A stretch of 64,000 bases of DNA from NCBI GenBank assembly GCA_965285935.1, contig OZ260662.1, positions 14,942,001-15,006,000 on the forward strand, read 5' to 3'. Shown in pieces: positions 1-10,400 of the stretch (the first letter of the stretch is position 1; every line of letters starts with the position of its first letter). The notes below the pieces were generated by a model. The model saw only the letters and a list, made by a program, of their open reading frames with translations, ran no database searches and was not told where the DNA came from. The DNA comes from Ophelia neglecta (Eukaryota). The translations under genes were made by a program, and so were the position numbers.

Positions 1-933
1 ATATACATTAAAGACTGTGTTATGTAACTTGGCTGTTTTCTCCAGTTAGTTATTCGTAGAAATTAAAGTAAGCGTAGGTTTGTTGAAGTGTTACGCAAAA
101 TATACAGCTATTTAACTCAAGCTTTGTTTCTCCTATACATGCTGTCACATTTGTGAATCAAATTCATATCAATTTATAACACAATTTGTCAATTTGGTAA
201 ATATTCATGTTTGCATTACAAAAAGTGGTACTTCTTCAAAGTACATTTCCACGTACATACGCGTAAATTAATACAAACGCATGTGTTTTTACGCGAAATG
301 GAACTTTGAAAGGTCAGTTTATACATTCTACAAGCAAGCGTATTAAACTTTACCGGTATCCAGCTCGTCAATTGATTACTACAGTCATAAACCTGCCTTG
401 TGGCTATCATGAACTGGTATAGTAGATTGCTTTGCCACAAGGCCCATACCTACACCTCCGGCCTTTTAGTACGAGTAAGTAATTTGCGTTAAAAGACCAT
501 CAAATAATTGAGCATTGGAAGTTATCTAGCATTGACCTGACGTGTATTATTATCCATGGCAACAGTGAACTAAGGTTTTCAGATAATGAATAAGTGCTAC
601 ACTAATTATACATTAAGTATGACTAAACTTTTTCATTCGTGACCGCATGTTTCATTTGAATTGATTATGCCCATCTGTACGTTACATATTATGACATTTA
701 GTATAAGCACGCGAGAGCAAGGGGTAGAGCAAATAAACTTGTTTAAATGGTTTGGTGTTAGGAAATGTAAAATATGGAACTCATCAGTGTATAAATGATT
801 TTTTCCCGGTCAATCTTGATACCCATTGTTCCCTATGTATCAGCTTACTATTTTAAATGCAGATTTGCCAGTAGCCATTAAGTGTGTTATACATGGAAAC
901 AGAAAAAAAGAAAGAAAAATATACTGGTCTTAC

Positions 934-1006
934 CATGTTGAGCGAAAACAGGAAGTATACAATTAATGGCTGCTAGCAGAAGCCAAGACAGTAAGAGAAG
1001 CTGCAT
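934..1006 (-). CDS. First coding exon (signal peptide) of a secreted-protein gene running off the left edge of the window
   Basis: Minus strand from ATG (1006-1004) reads MQLLLLSWLLLAAINCILPVFAQH+G. It has a hydrophobic core and a V-F-A cleavage motif. The exon ends in phase 1 at a G|GTAAGA donor (933-928). Downstream exons were not identified. Confidence 0.7.
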
Positions 1007-1233
1007 CTCCTTAACCATCAGAAGTTACGTAAGCACCTAAGCCTATGGTCGTCACCGCTTCATCGCTGTCTGCCCGATATTTTGCAAGAAATTATTTCTG
1101 TAATTTCAAGAGCAATATTATTCCATAAGCTTGTATACATTGTTTACGGTGAACATATACAGAATGTATCTAGTGCTTTTCTTCTTCAATATTGGTAAAT
1201 GGCATCAGTCACATAACCCAATATGGAAGCGGC

Positions 1234-1240
1234 CTTTATA
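1234..1240 (-). promoter_or_regulatory. Candidate TATA box of the minus-strand gene
   Basis: TATAAAG on the - strand about 230 nt upstream of the ATG; supported by position only. Confidence 0.3.
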
Positions 1241-3170
1241 CACACTACGAGTTCACATATTATACTGACTCCCTGCACAATACACAAACTCATCACCTAG
1301 GATATCAAACGTACGGTCTGTAGAGTAAACGAATTGTATATTCATCAAATTGAAATAAAAACTAAACAACCCCATGTACACAGTTGATATCATAGTACTC
1401 AACGAAATCACATATCACGGAATGGGCATTGCCATTATTTCATATTCCCCGATTGGTTTGAATAAGTTGCGGCCCCCAGAATGAATTTCGGGAATTTATG
1501 AACAATTAAACGACGTTGTTACCTTCTTAAGGATAATTTCAACGAGCAGTATCACACACCTGTTTATCGGAAATGTTAACACCCTAATAGGTAGACTGCT
1601 CGGTGAATAAGAAATATCCCATGTGAATCCATGGAATCATACCGGGTGCCTTATGGTCCATGGTCATGGAAAGAGTGCACGCAAGACTTAATTGTTGGCT
1701 ATTTTGCAAAAGCTGGAACCGACCCAGAATCGTGTTTTCAGGACAATGTTACATGTCAGCGTCATTGTTGTTTTTGTCTATTACTTGGCTAACTACGGGT
1801 TGATAAAGTAGCAAGGTACTAATGACGGTTATTAACAGCACTGATGGGCATATCACACCTGAATAAGACAATGCAGGTAACTGACAGACCTAGCCTTGAT
1901 TTTAACATTAACAATGTCACGCCAAAACAAACCCACGCCAAAACAAACCATTAGAATGAATCCCAAGGTGTACCCCTTTGTTATCAGGCCGTCCTTGTCA
2001 GACTATATTAAATGGCAATTTAATTTAGGGCTCCAATCTTCGCTGATACTATGTTACGGTCTCATTTTTATATTTATATTATCATCAGGTGTATGTTACA
2101 AATATTGTTGATTTAATTCAAATAATAGTAAAGTTGCTGCGTTGAATAACAACATACTGACATTTAATTGAGGAGAATAAAGGAATTATTTGAATAAACA
2201 TTTTAATTTTTCTGTATATTTTCATGATAAATATGAACAATAAACCAGCTGTAATAATAATATTATGCATATACATAGCATGTTTTCCGTAGATATGGAA
2301 GTACAAATCATAATGAATTGTGAACAATATATAAAACGATGTACTTAATGCGTGATTTTGTGCAGTTACAAAACGGGAAGGAATGGTTGGTTGATGTTAT
2401 TTAGGTAAGTGGGTTTTCTTTAAAGAAGAACATAGCCTTGAAGTTCAAGTCTTTATGGCAAATGAGATACTTTCCATTTTCGAATAGCAAACTATTTATA
2501 CCTGGACAGCGACATTCGGATTTCCCCAGTGTATGGGGTGTATAATCCGAGACTCGTGGGCTTTGAAATATAATTCAAAAACGGGAGCGGAGCATACATA
2601 GCAAAGTGATTAGTCAAAGCATAGTCAAACACATATAAAGGCACACGTGGACTTAAACTGAAGATGCTAAAACTTATTATTATATTAGTATTATTATATA
2701 GAGATTGATTCAATATATACTTTACGTTGTAAACTGCCGCTCTCGATGATGAAAAAAAGAATGAGTATTTAAATTAAATATCATTATAGATTGGATAAAT
2801 ATATATGATAAATTCTGAACGGACACGACACCAGTATTCGATGATTTTTGTTTGAGCAATGGTACTACCATTATATATTCTTTTGTTAATGTTCCAATTA
2901 ACCCGTTCTTTACTTGTCTAAAAATAGAAGATATTGCTTTGTGCGGCACGTGAAGGTGAAACAAAACAGCGTGTGCTTTTTCAGAATCACACTAATTGAT
3001 GTATTCATGTTTGCTGTAAATAATCACAGGAGCAACAAACATAGTTCTAGGTTACAGTTTATATTAACTGTTTAATATACGAGCCACAAACATACACCAA
3101 ATTTTGATGGGTATGTTGTACGCTGCACTGACAAGACCCCTCTGTCTTACTGATGCCGTTACTACATGTT

Positions 3171-3337
3171 GATATAAATAAACACAATCTTGTACTAGCA
3201 TATGAAACATACCTAACTTAGAGACACTAAATTGCCTGCATGGTGCAGTTATTCTGATACATAGTTCAGGTGGATATAAAGAAACACAGTTGTGATACTA
3301 GCATATGAAATATACACAACTTAAAGACACTAAATGG
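3171..3337. repeat. Degenerate ~65-bp direct duplication (period ~102 bp)
   Basis: GATATAAATAAACACAAT...TACTAGCATATGAAACATACCTAACTTAGAGACACTAAAT at 3171 recurs with substitutions at 3273. Confidence 0.7.
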
Positions 3338-6300
3338 TGCTTATGTTTCGGTAAACCTCAAAAATCTAAATCCCCTGTCTTCTTTGGACAGGTAAAATAA
3401 AATATTAATACAAAATCTCCAAAAGACAACATTGGCGACCGAGGAACAGCGGACCTCCTGTAGTTTCCTTTGTGACAAAGCTCATCATTAATATATAAAT
3501 GTTAAAAGTTCAATGCGTTTCAGCCTAGTCTGCATTTTACAAGTTCACGATACATATATAGCCTCATCAAAAAATCTATACAAATCTATAAAATTGTCTG
3601 TTGTTGTTGGAACAAAGTTGCTTTAAAATGATTGAATATATATAAGAGTTTGCCAACGCAATAGCTCAACCCGTCCAAGTTAACGGAGCGTTGGGTGTTC
3701 AATGAAAAGGTCCAAGCGTCATATGTAAATAGTTACATACGGGTCATACTCCTAAAATGCTGAAAGGTTTGATGCATATCAATGTATCACTTTCTGATTT
3801 GAGTATGAATATCTTAGGTCGTGGTATTCTATATACACATTCATTTGCATTCCTTCAACTCAGACATATACGTGTTGTATATGACTGTCCTTTTCGCAAG
3901 TGCAGGATGTGACGTATAACTAAGACCTAATGAGGACAGAATTGAAGAAAAATACATACTGAAATCGAATGCTTACATGCTGCATTTTGCTCGTCGCAAA
4001 ATCTGTAGTATATAATTAACTTGGTATGTTTGAGCACTTAATATTTGCTCATCTGTTGTTGTTATGCTTCTAGTGAAATCACTAAATGCGGAGCAAGTTA
4101 GCACACTGCTCAAATATAAGGCGGCCTATATAAATAAAAATAAACAGGGACACTACTTAGACTGATGAACTATTTGATAAAACGATGACATAGTCACAAA
4201 CGCAATCAAGTTGGGTGTAACTAGTTGGTAACACCTCTGACCTACCGTACACGACATACGATCGAAGAAAATTATCCTATCAGAGACATATCCAATCAAT
4301 GCAATTTCGAAATGTCTATAGTATCACATCTGCACGACATCAGATGTTTTTTACCACGTTTCCCTCTTGCCGCTATAAGGGATTTCAGCCAATGGTTGAA
4401 TACAAAACAAGTCACAGTTTAATGAAAGGTACACCGCTGGTCACTAGCTTACCTGCTCCAAAGAAAGATTCGAAGGGATGTCCAGACTGTATTTCAAGCC
4501 GCATACCCTTTACTGTATTTAATTTGTGCAGTTTATATCAGCAATATAGCCCCGGGTAAATAGTATGGCAATTTATGATCAAATGGTCGGACGGCAAACT
4601 TTAATTTGCATACTAATTGTCGAAATGTACCCACAAAATGATGTGGCGTATACCGGTCTTAGGAATTCATACATGAAAAGTAGAATATAAACTTGATGAA
4701 TTCTAACAAAAACTGGAACAAACACCGTATTTAAGCCTAAACTCTTATATACTGACACCGAAACTAGTTAGAATGTTAGCCATACAGTGCAAATACTGTA
4801 TCAATCACCAGATATAGATAGGCGTGTATCTCATTGTATGCCAATTATGATCTGGTAGATGCGGAAATAGACGGACCCGAAATCAACCTGTTTCGTCTAT
4901 CCTAAATCATACGTTTTTCACTTCGGAGATTTAAAAAATAAACGCATTGGACAATTGCAAATTCCAATAAGCCTTACATCGTCCCGGCATGCATAAAAAA
5001 TATTAGTGCGCTCTTAAAAAGGCGTAGCATTTGATTTTCGTGCTTGTGTTTAATTGTGTTTAATTCTATTTCTTTCATTTGTGCCACAAATACATTGGTT
5101 TGAAACTACCTACTTAATAAACTTTATGAGGTTTATGAAGAAACTATTCTCAAGAAAGGATGTCGGAAGTTTCTTATATGCAAGGATGTGGTGTATGTTA
5201 TACGTGTTAATATTACATCCTTTTCCCGACAGCTGATAGACATAAATACCATTGTACATCACTGCATTTGCACTATTCACCTGTTGGTCATGGCCAAAGG
5301 GCACTATTTATGGTAATTAATAGTAAACCTTGCGTTGTGCCAGTGTCGTGCGAGACTACATTTAATGGAATGTGGTGTCTAACGCGAGCCAGTTACTAGT
5401 ACACATTCAGTACTAAACATGTGCATGCAGTATATGTTAATGTGCGCAATTGTATGTACATGTATATAGGCCAACGGAAATAATTCTTATCTTTGTGAAG
5501 AGTGAAAACTCGTTTTACAGTAATCGCTTGATTTGACGGTTAAATCAATTATGAGTTTAATATTTAAACACACATGCTCAAAAGTGGTTTGCGGTTTGTT
5601 TTAAGACTCACATATATAACACCTTCTTGACAGCTTCAGGTTGTTTGTATTTCGGCAGGCAAAACTCTTGGCAATATAAACAACCTGTTTTAAAATAATA
5701 GTTTTGGGCACCCTAGCCATACACTTGTGCACTGCATGATTCACTGGTTCCTTTTATTATAACCCACACGGGGTAACCACACGGGGTATACGTAGTTACC
5801 CTGTGAAAGTCACATGTGTATAACACAAGTTATTCACGCGGTGTCTTTTATTTAGATAAAACTTATTATGCTTACATTCAATCGGTTTCACAATGTACCA
5901 CATTATTAACATGAAATAAGTCTGATAAATATGTCATTTCTCATATTAAACAACAGTAGATTAGTAGTTATTTTTTGGTTGCTTTTATATTGTGGTTGGT
6001 CAATACATCGCCTATCCGGAAATATAATTAAATGTCGCTTCCTTGAAAGTTTTGGCTAGGCTCCCAAGTACCAAGTACTAAGAAATATTATCTGACCAAT
6101 GTATGCTACATCTCATTAAGGAAGCGCCAACACTACCTATCTCACTGGCCGCGTTACATTAGAATAGAACAATACATTTGTATTACAAAATTACCATATG
6201 TGGTCATTATCACTACACGTTTAGAATGCAAGAACTGTACCAGAAGCGGAACACAAAAGACACTCTGAACTCAAAACGTCTTCAAAGGCATTTTACCATT

Positions 6301-6423
6301 GTTTGAAATAAGATAGCCTAACACAATACCAACAACTTTGCCAAAGACAATGGGATAATTGAGGCATTTTCTCTTTATTGATTAACACATTCTCTTAAGT
6401 TGCTAACTGGCACTTTGCTGCAG

Positions 6424-6431
6424 TATATAAA
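6424..6431 (+). promoter_or_regulatory. TATA box of the PAN-repeat gene
   Basis: TATATAAA starting 57 nt upstream of the ATG at 6481. Confidence 0.6.
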
Positions 6432-6480
6432 GCTGTACATCAAAACAGGTAAGCGTAGAGGAATACGGTTTCGTATCAAC

Positions 6481-6532
6481 ATGAACACTTTCGTCTTTTT
6501 TGCTAATTTTGTTGCCTTTGCGTATGCAGGCC
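6481..6532 (+). CDS. PAN-repeat gene exon 1 (signal peptide)
   Basis: MNTFVFFANFVAFAYAG; donor C|GTGAGT at 6533, phase 1. Confidence 0.8.
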
Positions 6533-9500
6533 GTGAGTATATTGTGTTGAAACCTTACGTAGAATTTATATCAGTTAGAAAATTCTATTGACTCATATGA
6601 TTGGACTATATTACTAAAGCACTTTCTAATGTGAATTTGTTCGTTTCAGCTGGAAGAGGCATACTTGGTAAGTACTTCATTTGACGGCTTTATCGAGTTT
6701 GCAATTCGGTATATGCACAGAGAAACAAAATAAGTTTCTGGTCAAAGTCCTCTAATTTGATAATTAATGCATTCCTTTTCCTCTTTTTCATCGCAGAGCA
6801 ATATACGGGCTATCATGTTCATGGAGCTAGATTGCAGACAACAGTAAGGACTCTGAGACAATGTTTAGAGGTTGGTTTGACATGACTGGTTTCAGAGCAT
6901 TTGACCTTGACCCGCAGCATGAACTTGAGCGCGAAACCGCCTCAAACGTTCTGCATTTTCAGAACAACATGAACTATACGAGAAATGACTACTTTTATAA
7001 TCACCATTTCTATTACAGGGTTGCATTAATGATTGTATGGCAATCGACTACAACTACGAATCCAACCAGTGCTGGTATCACTATGGCGACAGCATCTGTA
7101 ACAGCCTTGTTGCCAAAGCGGGTTGTTCTCACTACAAATACGTAACCTGCGGTATGGTGTGTTATTACGTTACCGGCGGTAAAATTGTCAATGCGCTCCC
7201 TATGGTTCATCATTTTTATCTAAGACTGTGTTAGAGTTCTATCTAGATTTTTGCTTCTTTTACTTGTTAATGGAATACACTGGCCAATAAAATGGGTTTA
7301 GATTAGTGTGCGCCAGATCAAACTAGGAACACGACACTTATTAATAATTTCTCAACTTTTTTTTATTATTTCACGCCATCTTGTATCCAAAGATCTCTGG
7401 CTACGTTGCCGCACAGTTGATATGGCACTTATTAATAATTTCTCAACTTTTTTTTATTATTTCACGCCATCTTGTATCTAAAGATCTCTGGCTACGTTGC
7501 CGCACAGTTGATATGGGATAAATGGGATTTTTTTTTTACAATTTTTAGACCCGGGGCAGCATTTGAGGGGTGGAACTCTGCAGGTTAGTATCCGAGAAAT
7601 CACAGCCTGTGTAAACAGCTGTTGGAGTGATAGGTTGTGCAGCGGAATTGACTTTAATTCTAGATTTAACACGTGCTGGTTCCATCAAGATTCTAATATA
7701 TGTGGAGACACAATTGACAAGGAATACTGTAACCACATTAGGATCCGACCGAACAGCTGTGCTGGTAAGCTAACCATAGTATATATGTGTTCACTAGACG
7801 GCCCATGTGGTAACGCTGATATGTCGCCTATAATAATTACTCTATGCACTATAAGTGGGATGGAGGGGGGGGGGGGGGGTTCAAGTAATGCATTACACCT
7901 TTCGTTTTATTTCAAAACACAACGGATATGGTGCCTGAAAGCATCATTTTTCCCTTTTCCTTGGAAAACATTTCCAGTCCCTTCTCCCTCCATATCCCAT
8001 GTTTAATCACTGACGGTCACACATATTATTTATGGTCGTTCAAGTATTTTGAGTATCCATTTGACGTCTTTGTAACTTGCTCTCGTGTGCATGGTATAAA
8101 TTTAATCTTCATCAGAATTAAATGCACCGTTTGCATTATATACACCTTGTAATATGCCATATCCACCTTTCAGAGACGTTTGATGGCTATCATGCTTTTG
8201 GTGGAGCTTTGATACAGGGTATACGTGACCCACAGACGTGTGTCAGCTCATGCCGAGGGGGTTGTCAAGCTGTCGATTTTGACAAACGCTACAAAACATG
8301 CTACCACCACAGCAACGAGACCGCTTGCAGTCGGGCCAATGCCAAGCAATATTGCATACACTACAAACTAGTCAAATGCGGTAAGAATATTGATTTAACT
8401 TAAGACTACAAGCCAGTTAAATGCGGTAAGAATATTGATTTCACTCAAGACTACAAACTAGTTGAATGTGGTAAGAATATTGATTTCACTTAAGACTACA
8501 AACTGGTCGAATGCGGCAAGAATATTGATATCACAAAAGACTATTGTTGTATGACAAACCAGTGCCAAGGGACTATTGTGTCTGCTATACCATGCTTTAA
8601 GCTATATAATTGTCGAATTCAAATAAATGTTAATCGGATCAGGAGTTATATCACGCACAACATATAAATGAAAAGTGAAAAAACACTTGCCCAGCATATA
8701 TGTTGAAGGTTTTTTCTACTTAAGCATTAAGTTCACGCAATACAACCAACCGTTTACACTCGACCGATACCTCACGAATGGTTCATATTCAATGAAATTT
8801 TAAGCCATTTACAAATGATTAATCTGGATCGCTGCTGCAGATATTAATATCAGTGCGATCACAGCGGCCAAAAGATTAGTATTCCAAGAATCAGTGTGGT
8901 TTTTTACAGAATCGCCGAGCACTACTACTACACTAGTTACGGACTCGACCATCAGCACTACTACTCCTTCGGTTACGGACTCGACCATTAGTACTACTAC
9001 CTCCACTGTATCCACCACCGATACCTCCACCGATACAACCACTACAGATAGCAATGGAAACCAACTGGACGTTACCGTTCTGGGTAAGAACAATAAATGT
9101 TTCAGACATATTTGAATAATACAATATATTGAAGAACAAAGAAGAGCATACTGCATAAAAAAGGGTTTAAAGATAAAAAAATATTGCACCCGTAATAGAC
9201 CATATATATCTATCCTTTATTGTTCCTGAGGTTTCAGCAATTCAGCACTACAGAACATGAACAGGTTATGCACACAATTCAAGGAATAATGATATAATGA
9301 GTAGTATTTTGTCTCAGTATTCGACGAAAAACACGTGAGAGGAGGTGACCGCCAGCCGGTGCAAATGAGTCCCACCGAGTGTATTAATAACTGCCTGGCG
9401 CTAAGAGACTGCCTTGCTCTTGACTACAACTATGACACAAATATATGTTGGTTTCATTACTTGGCGACCGCCTGCAATACGCCAAGGGACAAGGAGGCAT

Positions 9501-9714
9501 GTGTCCATGTTAGGCTAACGGACTGCAGTAAGTTTTTAAATATAAGTAGTATTCACGTGGCCTATGACTTATGACACTAAGGAACAGTGCACATTTCTTT
9601 TAAGTGTTGTGCGTCTATATGCGTCATCAAAATATACGCGAGCAATGCAAATATTCAGTGAAGGCAATGTTTTATGGTGACACGCCCTCTGGGATTCATT
9701 TTTTTTCAGATTGA
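6481..9714 (+). CDS. Secreted protein with 4 PAN/apple-like Cys-rich repeats and a Thr/Ser-rich mucin-like linker (9 exons, 362 aa)
   Basis: Exons 6481-6532, 6650-6667, 6797-6870, 7019-7151, 7549-7764, 8174-8380, 8910-9083, 9318-9527, 9710-9714. All introns are GT..AG and the phases join into one 1089-nt frame ending in TGA. Signal peptide MNTFVFFANFVAFAYA. Each repeat reads H-x2-G-[GA]...CxxxC-x3/5-C-x3-D-[YF]-x6-C-[WY]-x-H...C...K-x2-C-x-H...C, matching the PAN/apple core. TATA upstream, AATAAA downstream. Confidence 0.85.
6650..6667 (+). CDS. PAN-repeat gene exon 2 (18-nt microexon, PGRGIL)
   Basis: TTGTTCGTTTCAG acceptor and G|GTAAGT donor; symmetric phase 1-1. Confidence 0.65.
6797..6870 (+). 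CDS. PAN-repeat gene exon 3 (repeat 1, N-half)
   Basis: Polypyrimidine tract + CAG acceptor; EQYTGYHVHGARLQTTVRTLRQCLE; donor GAG|GTTGGT. Confidence 0.75.
7019..7151 (+). CDS. PAN-repeat gene exon 4 (repeat 1, C-half)
   Basis: TTACAG acceptor; GCINDCMAIDYNYESNQCWYHYGDSICNSLVAKAGCSHYKYVTC; donor G|GTATGG. Confidence 0.85.
7335..7516. repeat. Near-perfect 91-bp tandem duplication in intron 4
   Basis: Units 7335-7425 and 7426-7516; one substitution seen (ATCCAAA vs ATCTAAA). Confidence 0.9.
7549..7764 (+). CDS. PAN-repeat gene exon 5 (repeat 2)
   Basis: TTTTTAG acceptor; DPGQHLRGG...ACVNSCWSDRLCSGIDFNSRFNTCWFH...CNHIRIRPNSCA; donor G|GTAAGC. Confidence 0.88.
8174..8380 (+). CDS. PAN-repeat gene exon 6 (repeat 3)
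   Basis: CCTTTCAG acceptor; ETFDGYHAFGG...TCVSSCRGGCQAVDFDKRYKTCYHH...YCIHYKLVKC; donor G|GTAAGA. Confidence 0.88.
8361..8543 (+). repeat. 4 x 45-bp tandem repeat of the exon 6 / intron 6 junction
   Basis: Unit CTACAAACTAGTCAAATGCG|GTAAGAATATTGATTTAACTTAAGA starting at 8361, 8406, 8451 and 8496. Confidence 0.92.
8910..9083 (+). CDS. PAN-repeat gene exon 7 (Thr/Ser-rich linker with internal 36-bp repeat)
   Basis: TTTTTACAG acceptor; ESPSTTTTLVTDSTISTTTPSVTDSTISTTT...DVTVL; donor G|GTAAGA. Confidence 0.85.
9318..9527 (+). CDS. PAN-repeat gene exon 8 (repeat 4)
   Basis: TTTTGTCTCAG acceptor; VFDEKHVRGG...ECINNCLALRDCLALDYNYDTNICWFH...ACVHVRLTDC; donor A|GTAAGT. Confidence 0.88.
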
Positions 9715-9820
9715 GTTTAAATTCCCTAGTTTTGGACACAGATAATAATGGATATGAACCTGAAAATCTGGAAACCGTCTCAGATGAAAAAAAGTAGTTT
9801 CAATAACTCGATGAAATAAA
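9710..9820 (+). other. PAN-repeat gene terminal exon (Asn-stop) and 3'UTR with polyA signal
   Basis: T-rich tract + CAG acceptor; A|AT TGA gives a stop at 9712-9714; AATAAA at 9815-9820. Confidence 0.7.
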
Positions 9821-10299
9821 ACTCATCATTCAAAGTTATGTAGTTCGCAATTTATTTATATTAAGTAAACTCTATGGCTTGTGTCAACTCAAACAATTTG
9901 AAAACTTTGGCTTTTATAATACTGGAAGTATTATGTTTGTCAAGAATTTTTCGAAATGCGTGTCTTTAAACTTAGCAGCCACACTTTATTATTGCTGAAT
10001 ATTTGTCCCTTAATAGTATCCGAAATATATTGTAATTTTCGTGGCATTTATTAACACCTAAGCTGCCCTAGTAATTATAAATTGGGTCATTTCGGATCTG
10101 GGAGATAGCTTTTGGCACTGTATCGTTAAATGTATATATAGTGCACAATAGTAAAAAAATGAGAACATTACAGCGCAAAAGACGTGGTCACATTTGAGCT
10201 ATAAGGGTGTGATTTCAGCCTTATACATAATTTATGCATGAACGTTCTATATAAGTAATTACTGAAAAGAAGGCAACTTAACTCTTCTGGCACATTGTA

Positions 10300-10400
10300 T
10301 CAAACCTGTATTCAATTGGTGGAAAAGGGAATCGCCCAGCTTCCAATGATAGCAAAGAGTTTCAATTGTCGCCAAACATCGTTTTTTTATCCCATCAAGT
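10300..10400 (+). pseudogene. Possible decayed hAT transposase C-terminal dimerisation-domain fragment
   Basis: One frame reads KPVFNWWKRESPSFQ**QRVSIVAKHRFFIPSS, resembling the hAT motif PL.WW...FP.LS.+A+..L.IP.SS. The SER.FS motif that normally follows is not seen. Confidence 0.3.

Noticed and set aside
6446-6454. CAG|GTAAGC donor upstream of the PAN gene ATG
   Set aside because: Lies only ~17 nt after the TATA box, at or before the expected TSS; no matching acceptor before the ATG.
7765-8006. C-terminal part of the 147-aa ORF with a poly-Gly run
   Set aside because: Intron read-through after the exon 5 donor; the Gly run is the G15 tract.
8361-8543. CRISPR-like periodicity
   Set aside because: Head-to-tail units with no unique spacers, eukaryotic intron context, no cas genes.
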